This document shows positions 45,198 through 55,333 of a stretch of DNA of 64,000 nucleotides, one piece after another. Origin of the DNA: Methanobacteriota archaeon. Its GTDB lineage: Archaea; Thermoplasmatota; Thermoplasmata; UBA10834. The number at the start of each line of letters is the position of its first letter. Positions within the stretch are counted from its first letter, which is position 1. Position numbers and translations under genes: made by a program. Location of the stretch: the NCBI GenBank assembly GCA_020347565.1, contig CP070732.1, positions 861,216-925,215 of the forward strand. Direction: 5' to 3'. Under the pieces are notes generated by a model. The model had not been told where the DNA came from. It did not search any database and saw nothing but the letters and a program-made list of their open reading frames with translations.

Positions 45198-45419
45198 ATG
45201 CCCGAAGAGCACATGATATCGGCGATGTACAGGATTCCCGTGGATAAGGTCAAAGCGGTGCAGAGAGCAGCATCAGGAAAGACACGATGCCCGAAATGCA
45301 GCTCACTCAACCCGGCCAATCGCAGATATTGCAGGGCCTGCAAAGCCAAGCTGTATCCGGTCGAAGAGGAGAACGACAGGATGTACGTGCTCGAGAAGCT
45401 CCAGGGCAAGGAGGATTGA
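45198..45419 (+). CDS. Small C4 zinc-ribbon protein (73 aa)
   Basis: The protein has a CPKC-x10-CRAC ribbon, an AAGGAAATGGTGA Shine-Dalgarno, and a TATA-like 'cattaaatacg' ~40 nt upstream. The CxxC-10-CxxC spacing is like ribosomal L40e, but the N-terminus differs. No assignment was made. Confidence 0.45.
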   Translation: MPEEHMISAMYRIPVDKVKAVQRAASGKTRCPKCSSLNPANRRYCRACKAKLYPVEEENDRMYVLEKLQGKED

Positions 45420-45492
45420 CCGAGGCTGCGGAAGAACCATGATGTCTCCTGAACTGCGTTCTACGGAGATAGGTTGAGATAGGAGGGAGGAA

Positions 45493-48405
45493 TTGCGCGA
45501 AGAAGGATCGCGCAGCATATGTCTAGCTGCGTTGGTCGGAGCTGTCGCACTGATATTGATGATCTCGACTGTTCCAGTGAAGCCGGTGAAGGCCGCGCTG
45601 CCTACGCTACAGGTCATCGACATCTATGCCGAGCAAGACACCTACGTCTCCGATGTGGTCGGATTCACGAACTGGAACTATGGCGGCGATGGGCTTCTGA
45701 AATGCGGATACTACACCACCTTCGAGATGGATTACGGCCACCGTTGCATACTGATTCAATTCGATATGGCCATACTGCCCGCAGACGCGGTGATCAGCTC
45801 GTCGAGTCTGCGCCTTACGCTGGAATCCGGTGGGGGCGAAGACCTCAACGTCCTGCGTGTCGCGTCCGCATGGGATGAGAGGTATGTCACATGGAACACG
45901 AAGCCGGACGTTGTTACCACGGACCCCGAGCTTCCGGTCACCATGTTTGTCGGCACCTCCTCGCTCACTGAGTACTCCGTATCCATCACTCCTTGGGTGG
46001 AGGACTGGCACAGCGAGACGACCGTGAACAACGGCCTCTGGCTTCAGCCGGAGGAGTGGGCTATTCTAGGCGACCCCTGCTACTTCTACAGCTACGACGG
46101 CGCTTGGACCGAGCCGGATGAGAACATGAGCAAGCTCAAGCATCCGAAGTTGCGAATAACCTTCACGTCAGCTACTGTCGTCGAACAGCCGCCTCCGCCC
46201 GACCCGCCACCGTGGCTCGACGACTACACGCCGCCAGAGGTGGAGATATCCATCGAGCCCTCGACTGACATCGCTCCCGACGACTTGGTCACCATAACCG
46301 CGGTGGCGACGGACGATACCTGCCTTGACCAGGCAACCTTGATGGTCGATCTGGCAATCGTCGACCAGGAGCTGATAGACTTCCACGTCCTGGACGCCAC
46401 GGAAGTGACGCTCACCTACTCGACGACCCTCGACTTCGGGGACCATCACATACAGGCATTCGCCAACGATCGGATGGCGCTATCCGGCGGAGACTACATC
46501 CTCAAGCATGTCGGCTCTAGGACACCTCCTTCGGTGATGGTCGCCTGCGAGACCGAACGCGTGATGCCTGAGGATGGTTCGGACATCGTGGCGACGGTCG
46601 TAGCGGAGGACTCCGAGGGAATCAAACGTCTGGTAGTTGGCCTCGAAAGGGCCGTCTGGGACCACGTCTCGTTCCCCGACCACTCGGAGGTGTTCGTCTT
46701 CTCGGAGCCGTATCCGAAATCGTTCTCAACCACTGTCACCTTGCCGAACCTGGACGTCCCGGGCTACGTGACGCCCAAGACGGACGCTACGAAGGTGGAG
46801 TGCCTCGCCTACGCGGATGATGTCGAGGACCTCTACACTATAGCCAGCGACAACGTAACGGTCGTGAGGCCCTATCAATGGGATTATGGGATAGCCTACC
46901 AGAACCCCACGGGCGGGCTCTCCTGGCAGCGATACGAGGACACCTTCGGACACGGGGAGCTCTGGGGCCCGGGAAGCCTGGAGTGGTGGAAGACCGCCGT
47001 GGCGAGATTCTGGTGGCCCATCTACGATGTGATGGCCAACAACGGCGAGTGCTTCGGCATGAGCATGTACAGCCTATGGCATCAAAGGAACGAGATACCC
47101 GTACCCGATAGCCTGACGGAACATGTGGGCGGCGACCTGCCACCGGCGCTTCCAGGATATAACGAGCAGAACTACGCCAGGAGGACCATTGAGAGGTGGC
47201 AGGGCGCGCAGATCTCGCAGGAGATCCTGTCCAAGTACATAGACCAGGTCGGCGACCAGCTGTCCGCGTCGAACGCCATAAGACCGTTCCTGTCCGGGCC
47301 GTTCCAACGCCTCATCGAGGATCTCGACAGGGGTGAGCCCGGTGTTCTCTACATGGCGGAGTACAGGGGTCTCGGTGGCGGTGTGACGGAGTGCGTTGGG
47401 GCTCATGCCGTCGTCCCGTGGCTCGTCGTCGAGACCGAGCCGAACGTGTGGAGGATCTACGTCTACGACTCAAACAGGCCTTACGCCAGCACGACCAACT
47501 CGACGGAGTACGACAACTTCGACCACTATCCATTCGTAGAGGTCAGCGAGGACGGCTACACGTGGAACATGGGCGACGAGACCTGGAACGACTACATCTG
47601 GTACGTGTCATACGAGAGCGTCCTGAGGAACGACTACGATTTGATGGACGGATGGCTCGTCGCGGCGACCGTCCTTCTCATGATCGTTGTGGTTGGCACG
47701 GTGCTGGCGATCGCGGGCGGCGTTCTAGTCACCATAAAGGCTCTTCTGCCGATCCCGTTGCCTCTCCCCATGGGAGCGCCCACGGCGCAGGGTATCGCGT
47801 TGCCCCTGGGACAGCCGTACGAGGTCGAGATCCGCGGGCAGGTGGACGCGGAGTACACCTGGGCAATGGCGGCAGATCACTCGACTTACTCCATCGCCAA
47901 CAAGAGCTGCAGCGACGGCAGCGTGGACGGGCTGACGCTCGACATCGATGACGATTGGAAGGGCTATTCGATGAGGCTCAAGCCTGGGCTGGTCGACGAC
48001 GACTTCGCCGTGGGCATGTCCCACGGGATAGGCGCGGAGGAGAGGGAGTACCTGATGGAGAACATATCGCTCCGAGAAGACGGGGACATGCAGACCTACG
48101 CGACACATGACGGTGATAGCCTCGTGATAGCCAACCACGGCACCGACGCCATCCCCGTGAAGGTGATGTTCAGGAGCAACAGGTCGAACGGAGAGGCGAC
48201 GGACGATATCGTCGTTCCCGCTGGTAAGCAGGTCGTCATCACGGTGGACTGGAGCGACCTGGCCAACTCGAGTGTCGAAGTGGATACGGAGGGCATAGGC
48301 GGGGAGCGGACGCCTCTGTTCATAATCGTCCTCGTGGTCGGCCTCGTCATCATAGCGGCGGCGGTGATATCCTACGTCGCATACAGGAGGAACAAGGCGG
48401 AGTGA
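45493..48405 (+). CDS. Large secreted surface protein with N-terminal DNRLRE-like domain, internal hydrophobic segment and C-terminal TM anchor
   Basis: A TTG start gives the signal peptide (L)REEGSRSICLAALVGAVALILMISTVPVKPVKA. The N-terminal domain contains ...SSLRLTLESGGGEDLNVLRVASAWDERYVTWNTKP..., resembling the secreted DNRLRE-domain pattern. The C-terminus FIIVLVVGLVIIAAAVISYVAYRRNKAE is a TM anchor. Confidence 0.55.
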   Translation: MREEGSRSICLAALVGAVALILMISTVPVKPVKAALPTLQVIDIYAEQDTYVSDVVGFTNWNYGGDGLLKCGYYTTFEMDYGHRCILIQFDMAILPADAVISSSSLRLTLESGGGEDLNVLRVASAWDERYVTWNTKPDVVTTDPELPVTMFVGTSSLTEYSVSITPWVEDWHSETTVNNGLWLQPEEWAILGDPCYFYSYDGAWTEPDENMSKLKHPKLRITFTSATVVEQPPPPDPPPWLDDYTPPEVEISIEPSTDIAPDDLVTITAVATDDTCLDQATLMVDLAIVDQELIDFHVLDATEVTLTYSTTLDFGDHHIQAFANDRMALSGGDYILKHVGSRTPPSVMVACETERVMPEDGSDIVATVVAEDSEGIKRLVVGLERAVWDHVSFPDHSEVFVFSEPYPKSFSTTVTLPNLDVPGYVTPKTDATKVECLAYADDVEDLYTIASDNVTVVRPYQWDYGIAYQNPTGGLSWQRYEDTFGHGELWGPGSLEWWKTAVARFWWPIYDVMANNGECFGMSMYSLWHQRNEIPVPDSLTEHVGGDLPPALPGYNEQNYARRTIERWQGAQISQEILSKYIDQVGDQLSASNAIRPFLSGPFQRLIEDLDRGEPGVLYMAEYRGLGGGVTECVGAHAVVPWLVVETEPNVWRIYVYDSNRPYASTTNSTEYDNFDHYPFVEVSEDGYTWNMGDETWNDYIWYVSYESVLRNDYDLMDGWLVAATVLLMIVVVGTVLAIAGGVLVTIKALLPIPLPLPMGAPTAQGIALPLGQPYEVEIRGQVDAEYTWAMAADHSTYSIANKSCSDGSVDGLTLDIDDDWKGYSMRLKPGLVDDDFAVGMSHGIGAEEREYLMENISLREDGDMQTYATHDGDSLVIANHGTDAIPVKVMFRSNRSNGEATDDIVVPAGKQVVITVDWSDLANSSVEVDTEGIGGERTPLFIIVLVVGLVIIAAAVISYVAYRRNKAE

Positions 48406-48408
48406 TGA

Positions 48409-50013
48409 ATGATGACGATCCACCGGCCTGCGTCTGCGGCTCTCGCGCTCTGCGCGATGATGGGGAGCCTAATCGCGCTCGCCATCCCGGCGGCTTCTGA
48501 GGGATATGTCACCGTATACACGGAAGACTTCGAAGGAGAGCCTGGCCCCGAATGGTACTCCACGGACTACAACTCGGACTCTGGCGCCGACTACTGGGGA
48601 ACGACAACATATAGGGAGCAGTCCGGCGAGAGGAGCGCGTGGTGCGCCCAAATTGGGAGCAGCAGCGTGAACTACCTGGCGAACAGCGTCAACCACTATT
48701 ACGACCAGGACATGCAGGCCGCGCTCGAGCTGTACGTGCCTGACATGTCGGGCTTCGAAACCGTGCAGGTGAGGTTCTACTTCTGGGCGGAGACCGGGAC
48801 CTACAACCTCAACGACTACTTCGAGGTCAGCGCGTGGACGGGCACCTACTGGCAGCACCTGTGGAAACAGCAGTCGGTGGTCACGGGCGGATGGGATTTC
48901 GTAGCCGTCCCGCTTCCGATGAACACGGTGTGGATCAGCTTCACGTTCCGGAGCGACGACGCCGTGGGCCTTGGCCCCTACGAAGGCGTGTACATCGATT
49001 CCGTGGACATCCGCGGCTGGGATTCCGCGCCTCCTGAGTCCATGCTCGACGAGCTCGACGAGTACTACGCGAGCGAGGTCGTTTACATGGCATACACAGC
49101 AGTCGACCGCGGCGGAAGCGGGGTCCAGTATGTCCAGCTGTTCCACTGCGTGGAGGGGGCGGGTAGCTATTCGATCTACTCCACGCCCTCGAACCCGGAC
49201 GGTCAGTGGTTCCCTGACGTGGACCCGCTGATACCGTTCGACTGCACCTATGCCAACGGCACAGGCGCGTATGACTTCTACGTTATCGCTGTGGACCTCG
49301 GGGGCAACGGGGAGGTGGCCACCACCATCCCGCAGACTTCAACCGTAATCGACGTGGCGCCTCCGGTGACAACCATGACCGTGAACGACCAGCCGTGGGA
49401 CGGCGGCTGGCTGAATGCGACCGCGATGATCGAGCTGAAGCCTTCGGATGAAGGAAGCGGCGTGGCTGAGACATGGTACAGTCTCGGCTCAGCCTCGTGG
49501 GCGGAATACGACGAGCGGCTTCAGCTGACCGAAGATGCAACGCTGAACCTCTCGTTCTACTCAATCGATAGGGCAGGGAACTCTGAGGCGGTCAAGACAT
49601 TCACGATGAGGATGGACGCGACGGCTCCCACGGCGAGTCTGATGGTCGCGGACAACGCGACGAGGGTGGAGAACCCGAACGTCAGCCTCGTATGGACCAG
49701 TGCGGACGACCTCAGCGGCATGGACTACTGCCTCGTGAAGGTGGACGACCGTGCGTTCGAGTACTTCAGCGGGGACTCCGGCATCGCTGAGATGCCTCGT
49801 CTGGAGGATGGCGGGCACACGGCGACGCTCAGGGCGTTCGACAACGCGGGCAACTGCATCGAGACGACAATCGGCTTCGAAGTCGACCTCGGGGAATCAG
49901 AATCAGGCCCACTCGGAGATGCCATGGGATGGATCGTCGCCTTGATAGTGATCGTCGTCGCCGCCTTGGCGGTCGTCCTGCTCATTCGGTTCCACGGTAG
50001 ATCATCCGGCTGA
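48409..50013 (+). CDS. Secreted surface protein with Ig-like (Big/chitobiase-C-like) repeats and C-terminal TM anchor
   Basis: The start is 3 nt after the previous stop. A signal peptide (MMTIHRPASAALALCAMMGSLIALAIPAASEG) is present. A repeat ...AETWYSLGSASWAEYDERLQL... resembles bacterial Ig-like domains. The C-terminal helix IVALIVIVVAALAVVLLIRFHGRSSG is a TM anchor. Confidence 0.5.
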   Translation: MMTIHRPASAALALCAMMGSLIALAIPAASEGYVTVYTEDFEGEPGPEWYSTDYNSDSGADYWGTTTYREQSGERSAWCAQIGSSSVNYLANSVNHYYDQDMQAALELYVPDMSGFETVQVRFYFWAETGTYNLNDYFEVSAWTGTYWQHLWKQQSVVTGGWDFVAVPLPMNTVWISFTFRSDDAVGLGPYEGVYIDSVDIRGWDSAPPESMLDELDEYYASEVVYMAYTAVDRGGSGVQYVQLFHCVEGAGSYSIYSTPSNPDGQWFPDVDPLIPFDCTYANGTGAYDFYVIAVDLGGNGEVATTIPQTSTVIDVAPPVTTMTVNDQPWDGGWLNATAMIELKPSDEGSGVAETWYSLGSASWAEYDERLQLTEDATLNLSFYSIDRAGNSEAVKTFTMRMDATAPTASLMVADNATRVENPNVSLVWTSADDLSGMDYCLVKVDDRAFEYFSGDSGIAEMPRLEDGGHTATLRAFDNAGNCIETTIGFEVDLGESESGPLGDAMGWIVALIVIVVAALAVVLLIRFHGRSSG

Positions 50014-50014
50014 C

Positions 50015-51202
50015 CTATGCCTCGCAGAGCCTCCGCACGGTCGAAAGGTATGCCTCCAGAGCCGCGGGCAGCTGGGAGATGGTGATTGCCTCTTCAGGCC
50101 TGTGATGTCTGGCCATATCGCCCGTCTCGCCAGGGCCCATGCATATCACCGGCAGGCCCGTCTCCTCCGCGACGATGTTGTCGTCGGCCTCGGAGACGCC
50201 GCACGCCAGGGTCGGCTTCGTGCCCGTGACCTCAGTCAGCGAATCGACCGCCGACCTGACAAGGGGTTCCTCGGCATCCGTCAGGTACGGTTTGTAGAAG
50301 TCGCCGGGCTCGTCCTTGAACTCGATGTCCACCTCGCACTCGAGCGAGAGTCTGGATACCAAGGCCTCCAGCTCCGGCAGGATGTCTATTCTCCCACCAG
50401 GTATGGTGCATCTGACAATGTTCACCACACACCTATCGGGCACGCTCAGACTTATGCCGCCTCCGTGTATGCTCAGGACTGTCTGCGTCTCCTTGAGTGG
50501 CTCGAGGGCGTCGGAGAATAGCCCCTCGGACTCAGAGAGGTTCATCTGCTCCAGGGCACATACCAGCCGCGAGGCGTCGACCGCCGCATTCTTGCCCATG
50601 TGCGGCGTCGCGCCGTGGGCCGACTGCCCGAGCACGTGGAAGTCGTAGTATGATCCGCCTCGGCGGGCGTTGGTGACAACGTGCAGGCCGCCGAACCCCT
50701 CGCCTATGATGACCGCTTCAGCGTTTCTGAAGACTCCTTCGCGTATCAGCGTCCTCGTCCCGATTCCAAGGTCCTCCTCCCCAGGGACAGCCTGGAACAC
50801 GACCCTGCGGCCGCGGAGCGCATCGGACCCGGCCAGCGTTCTGAACGTCATCATCAGCGCCGCCAGACCGCATTTCATGTCAAGGGCGCCGAGACCGTAC
50901 AGCATGCCATCCTCGACCTCGGCTCCGAAAGGATCGTGCTTCCATCCAGACATAACCTCGACGGTATCCATGTGCCCGTTCAATACGACCGACGGCGAAG
51001 CCGGGTCGCCGTGCTCAGCCACGATGCACGGGCCGTGATCGGGGACAGGCACCTTCCTCGGTTCGAATCCCCAATCGCTTAGACGACCGTATACGAAATC
51101 GGCGATCTCCGCCTCATGTGTGTAGACGCTCGGGATGCGTATCATCTCCTGAGACAGAGTGAGCAACTCATCCGCCCTCCCTCCGCTGCCAGGTTGCACC
51201 AT
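50015..51202 (-). CDS. M20-family metallopeptidase (ArgE/DapE/acetylornithine deacetylase-like)
   Basis: The N-terminus is ...ADELLTLSQEMIRIPSV... The metal-binding motifs ...VLNGHMDTV..., ...GLGALDMKCG... and ...GEE... match the M20 signature. The ATG at 51202 was preferred over the TTG at 51247. Confidence 0.75.
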   Translation of the reverse strand: MVQPGSGGRADELLTLSQEMIRIPSVYTHEAEIADFVYGRLSDWGFEPRKVPVPDHGPCIVAEHGDPASPSVVLNGHMDTVEVMSGWKHDPFGAEVEDGMLYGLGALDMKCGLAALMMTFRTLAGSDALRGRRVVFQAVPGEEDLGIGTRTLIREGVFRNAEAVIIGEGFGGLHVVTNARRGGSYYDFHVLGQSAHGATPHMGKNAAVDASRLVCALEQMNLSESEGLFSDALEPLKETQTVLSIHGGGISLSVPDRCVVNIVRCTIPGGRIDILPELEALVSRLSLECEVDIEFKDEPGDFYKPYLTDAEEPLVRSAVDSLTEVTGTKPTLACGVSEADDNIVAEETGLPVICMGPGETGDMARHHRPEEAITISQLPAALEAYLSTVRRLCEA

Positions 51203-51298
51203 CGTATCATACCAGCCTCGTGGACATACCACGACCAGGAGAGGCAAGATGATATTCGTCCTGAAAAGCCTTCTGACGCGGGGCTGCTATGCTCCTGT

Positions 51299-52864
51299 CT
51301 ACTCCATCCTCCTCAGGTTCCTGTATCCGAGCTGCAGAACGGCCAAACCCCCGATCCAGCTCAGCCCGAGGATTAGGAGCCATCCTTCGAGCTCCGCGAA
51401 GACGCCCAACAGCAACGCAGCGAAGAAATAGCCAAACATGAAGAAGAAGCCGACCATCACGTTCAACATCATGTCTGCTGGCCTCTCGCTGAACACCGGC
51501 ATCATGAGGAACAATCCGAGGGACATGGTCACAAGCGCGACAGAGAGAGCGGAGATGTACGCAGCGACCGCCAGCAGCTCCATCGCCTGTGGCTCCGGGG
51601 TGTTCATATGGGATATGAGCGTCGACAGCGCGGCCACGGGCAGGATGGTTATCGACCCCTGAACGATCCTGGCTTTGACGAGTCTCGGCTCTCCATTCGG
51701 CGCCTTCCTGTATATGAAAAGGTTCTCCTTTCCCCGGACGGTCACTTCTCCGATGATGAACCCGGACAGAAACGGCAGCAAGAACAGAAGCATCACGACT
51801 CCCATCTCCGAGTCCTCGGCGTCACCGAAGAACAAGGTGACTAGGAACACCAGGCCAACGACGTAGATGACCTTGGACGTGTTCTCGAGGCGTCTGCCAT
51901 AGTCCTTGAAGATGGCGACTACGAGCGAGCCGAAAGAGCCGCTGCCGCTGAGCCGCCTGACGGACCGATAGAACAGGCCCTCCGGCTTCGCCAGTTGGGA
52001 TGAGAGCCCTCGGATGTCTAGATTGTAAGCGCGGCCAGCCGCCTTGGAACCGAACCAGAGCAAACCAGGAAAGAGAGCGCACAGGCCGGCGAAGCTGATC
52101 GCGGACCTCAGCGAGATTGCGAGGCTGTCGCCAGGGTTGGCTGCTATGTCGACCACTATGTCCGCTCCCCACGAACTCGGCAACAGGTCCAGTGCGAGCG
52201 GGAGCAATCCCTCTGAACCTGTGTCGACGAGTGCGTCGTAGACCCCTCCGCGCATCAGCGCGTAGATCAGCGCCACCAACGGAAGGGCTATGGTCATTGA
52301 GAATGCCCTTCCGATGTCCTTGCCCCGCGCCGATGTGCCTATCTTGGCCCTGATTAAGGCAGCGAGTATGACGCCTATCCACATTGCGGACAGGAATGTG
52401 AGGGCGAACACTGCCAATATCACAGCCCCCTGAAGGATGGTGAGGCCCAACGGGACGAGCAGAGCAGCCATTATGGAGGCGGCCGCAACAATCGCAACCG
52501 TGTAGAATGGCACATCCCCTACGAATCTCCCGAGCAACACGTCCTTCGGCTCAATCGGGGCTGCGAGGAACACGTCGTAGTGTTCCTCCTGGGCCGCGTT
52601 CAGGGCGAAGTTAATCGGGAAGGTAACGAACAGGACGAAGAAGGTGAAAAGGAGGGTCTGAATGAACATGACGGCCACCTCGGAGACGAAGAACACCTCC
52701 AACTCGTCCGCGAACGTCTCGCCGAACCAAGGGACGATGTAGAATATGGCCAATATGACAGGGGCTGCCACCAGTATAGGGAATATCTTGCGGACGCTCC
52801 TGAAGCCGCTCGTTCTGACGCGATAGACGTTCTTCGCGACGACCAGCCACTTATGCCCCGGCAC
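51299..52864 (-). CDS. ABC-2-type transporter permease (multi-pass membrane protein)
   Basis: The 521-aa protein is highly hydrophobic with more than 10 predicted TM helices. A GTG start with a GGAGGGAG Shine-Dalgarno overlaps the 3' end of the upstream ATPase gene by 14 nt. Confidence 0.6.
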   Translation of the reverse strand: MPGHKWLVVAKNVYRVRTSGFRSVRKIFPILVAAPVILAIFYIVPWFGETFADELEVFFVSEVAVMFIQTLLFTFFVLFVTFPINFALNAAQEEHYDVFLAAPIEPKDVLLGRFVGDVPFYTVAIVAAASIMAALLVPLGLTILQGAVILAVFALTFLSAMWIGVILAALIRAKIGTSARGKDIGRAFSMTIALPLVALIYALMRGGVYDALVDTGSEGLLPLALDLLPSSWGADIVVDIAANPGDSLAISLRSAISFAGLCALFPGLLWFGSKAAGRAYNLDIRGLSSQLAKPEGLFYRSVRRLSGSGSFGSLVVAIFKDYGRRLENTSKVIYVVGLVFLVTLFFGDAEDSEMGVVMLLFLLPFLSGFIIGEVTVRGKENLFIYRKAPNGEPRLVKARIVQGSITILPVAALSTLISHMNTPEPQAMELLAVAAYISALSVALVTMSLGLFLMMPVFSERPADMMLNVMVGFFFMFGYFFAALLLGVFAELEGWLLILGLSWIGGLAVLQLGYRNLRRME

Positions 52865-53654
52865 TCCTCAGCTCCCTCCAGGACAGAAGCTCCTGCTTCT
52901 CAACGCCTCCCGTCAGTTCGATGTACGCTTTCTCGAGAGTCGGCTGACCTGATTTGGAGAGGAGTTCCTCCACGGTGCCCACGGCCACGAGGCGTCCGTT
53001 GTTGATTATCCCGATTCGATCGCACAGCTCCTCGACTATGGGCAGTATGTGGCTGCAGATGACTATCGTCTTGCCAGCGCCCTCGGATAGGTCCTTCATC
53101 AGATCTTTGACCATCAACGCTGCCCTGGGGTCCAGTGTTGAAGTCGGCTCGTCGAAGAAAAGCAAAGGGGGGTCATGAATCAACGCCGCCGCAATCAACA
53201 CCTTCTGCTTCATACCTCTGCTGTATCCCTCCAGAAGGTGGTTACGGCGTCCATGCAATCCGAAGAGCTCGAGCAGGCTCTCGATGCGCGTCGGCAACAG
53301 GTCCTTCGGCACGTCGTACAGTGACCCGATGAACTCCAGGAACTCCTCGGCGCTGAGCTTCTCGTACAGCCCAGGAGACTCTGCTAGAAGACCTGTTGTG
53401 CGCTTGACGCCGAGCTGGTCGGAGACTATATCATGCCCGTTGACAGACGCGGTACCGCCGGATGGACGGATTATGCAGTTGAGGAGCCGCACAGTGGTCG
53501 TCTTTCCCGCACCGTTGGGTCCCAGGAGGCCAAACGTCTCGCCCTCGCCTACCGTCAGACTAAGCCGATCCACAGCCTTTATGAGACCCTTCTTCGTCCC
53601 GTAGTGCTTGGACAGGTTCCTTGCCTCAACGGCGTTCCGTACCACGTGAACCAT
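52851..53654 (-). CDS. ABC transporter ATP-binding protein
   Basis: The protein has Walker A (GLLGPNGAGKTT), the signature LSGGMKQKVLIAAAL and Walker B (LLFFDEPTSTLD). The N-terminus is MVHVVRNAVEARNLSKHYG. An alternative GTG start lies at 53672. Confidence 0.85.
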   Translation of the reverse strand: MVHVVRNAVEARNLSKHYGTKKGLIKAVDRLSLTVGEGETFGLLGPNGAGKTTTVRLLNCIIRPSGGTASVNGHDIVSDQLGVKRTTGLLAESPGLYEKLSAEEFLEFIGSLYDVPKDLLPTRIESLLELFGLHGRRNHLLEGYSRGMKQKVLIAAALIHDPPLLFFDEPTSTLDPRAALMVKDLMKDLSEGAGKTIVICSHILPIVEELCDRIGIINNGRLVAVGTVEELLSKSGQPTLEKAYIELTGGVEKQELLSWRELRSAGA

Positions 53655-53806
53655 CTCTTGCTTCGGAGTCACTATCGCTGACAGCGCCCGGTTTCATTCG
53701 CAGTATAGAGAAATGCTACTAAACCCTTGCGCTAGCACCACGAAGAGGTCGCGCACGAGCGTTCACATCTTCAGGGGAGGCATCGTAAATGCGGAATCAG
53801 CACCAA

Positions 53807-55252
53807 CTATTCCTCAGGTATCGCCTTGGTATTGCTGAAGAACAGCGTCAGGAAGGCGCCTGTCGCCAAGAGCCCGGCCCCGATGCGGAATATCGTGCTG
53901 TATGAGCCGCCGTCCGGAAGAGCCTGCTCCGAAATCAGCACTGTGGCCACCGCGGGGCCGACCACCGCGCCGCAAGTCCTCACGATTATGTTCACGCCGG
54001 TGGCGATTCCAGTCTCCTCCTTGGGCGTGGAGATGACTATTATGTTTATCATCCCGACCATCGCACAGACTATGCCCGACCCCATTATCACGATGCCGAG
54101 GACGATATCGAGCTCGGTTGCATGGTTCAGGTCCAAGGCGATGAAGCCCGCTACCGCCAAAGTCATCCCAAACGTCGTCGGCCACTTGGGACCGAACTTC
54201 TTCACTGCTAAGCCTGCTGTCGGCCCGAGGATGAACATCAGAACAGACATCGGAAGGTTCAGCATGCCAATCCTGAGTGGTCCGAGGCCGAAGCTGTAAC
54301 TCGCGATGGCCGTTATCGTGAGCGACGCAGTGAACATCGCGAATCCGACCATGAACCCGATTGTGTTGGTCAACGCGATGTCTCTGATCTTCATGAGGGA
54401 GGGGCGGATGAGGGGGCTCTTGGCCCTCATCTGCCAGAGGGCGAACGAAAGCAGCCCAACTGCGGACGCTGCGAGCAGTGCGACGATCAAGGAATCCGTC
54501 CAGCCTCTGTTCCTCGCCTCAGTAGCACCTACAAGGAAGGTCACGAGAGTGAACCCGAGCAGAACTCCGCCGAGTATGTCCACCTTGGCCTTCAGCCTGA
54601 CCGTTGATTCTCGTACCTTGAACGCGACGACGACGGTCGCGAAGACTGAAAAGGGGACGACCGTATGGTACGTCCATTCCCAGCCCCAGTGCTCCGTGAC
54701 ATATCCGCCGACGACGAGACCGAAGGCGTTTCCCACGCCGAACATGGCCGATATCACACCCTGTGCAACGGCCATCTTGTCGTTCGGGAATTCGTCTCGG
54801 ATGATTGCGAAGGCGAGAGGGAAGGATGACATCCCGATTCCCTGGACGGCTCTGAAGAATATCATCAGGTATATCGAGTCGGACAGGTCCCTCGAGAAGC
54901 CTGTGACGGTCACCGCGACGCTGTATATCGAGAGTGCGATCAGGAGCATCTTCTTCTTGCCGTATATGTCGCCGAGCTTTCCGAAGATGGCGATTGCGAC
55001 GGCGGCCACGACAAGATACACGGTGACTATCCACGAACCGAGTGCGTAGTCCTCCTGGCCGAGGCCGAAGTCCTCCATCACCCAGGGGAGGGAGGGTATT
55101 GCCATTGCCTCAACGTACATCACCATGATGGCTATTGCTCCGAGAAGCAGCAGGAGGAATGTCGTGTAATCGTTCCCGAAACTGCTTCTGTTCGCAGGCA
55201 TTGAAGCGCCATCGGCTCTAACCTCGGAGGCGCACATCGACCTCACACTCAT
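53807..55252 (-). CDS. MFS transporter (DHA2-like, 14 TM)
   Basis: The MFS motifs G.....GKLGDIYGKKKML and the ...FRAVQGIGMS... region are present, with 14 hydrophobic segments. The start is uncertain (55252, 55237 or 55201). Confidence 0.75.
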   Translation of the reverse strand: MSVRSMCASEVRADGASMPANRSSFGNDYTTFLLLLLGAIAIMVMYVEAMAIPSLPWVMEDFGLGQEDYALGSWIVTVYLVVAAVAIAIFGKLGDIYGKKKMLLIALSIYSVAVTVTGFSRDLSDSIYLMIFFRAVQGIGMSSFPLAFAIIRDEFPNDKMAVAQGVISAMFGVGNAFGLVVGGYVTEHWGWEWTYHTVVPFSVFATVVVAFKVRESTVRLKAKVDILGGVLLGFTLVTFLVGATEARNRGWTDSLIVALLAASAVGLLSFALWQMRAKSPLIRPSLMKIRDIALTNTIGFMVGFAMFTASLTITAIASYSFGLGPLRIGMLNLPMSVLMFILGPTAGLAVKKFGPKWPTTFGMTLAVAGFIALDLNHATELDIVLGIVIMGSGIVCAMVGMINIIVISTPKEETGIATGVNIIVRTCGAVVGPAVATVLISEQALPDGGSYSTIFRIGAGLLATGAFLTLFFSNTKAIPEE

Positions 55253-55298
55253 CACGCTAACACCGAGCCGCTACTCAATTCTGATGCCGTTCATGCAT

Positions 55299-55314
55299 GG
55301 TACTTTAAATACCC
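55299..55314 (+). promoter_or_regulatory. TATA box (tactttaaatacc) ~25 nt upstream of HTH-regulator gene; divergent from MFS gene
   Basis: This is an AT-rich consensus-like TTTAAATA box. The spacing implies a leaderless transcript starting near 55334. Confidence 0.4.
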
Positions 55315-55333
55315 GCGGCGCGATTCGGCTCCG

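Noticed and set aside
45198-45419. Ribosomal protein L40e assignment for the small zinc-ribbon protein
   Set aside because: Only the CxxC-10-CxxC spacing is similar. The N-terminal sequence and length do not match archaeal L40e.
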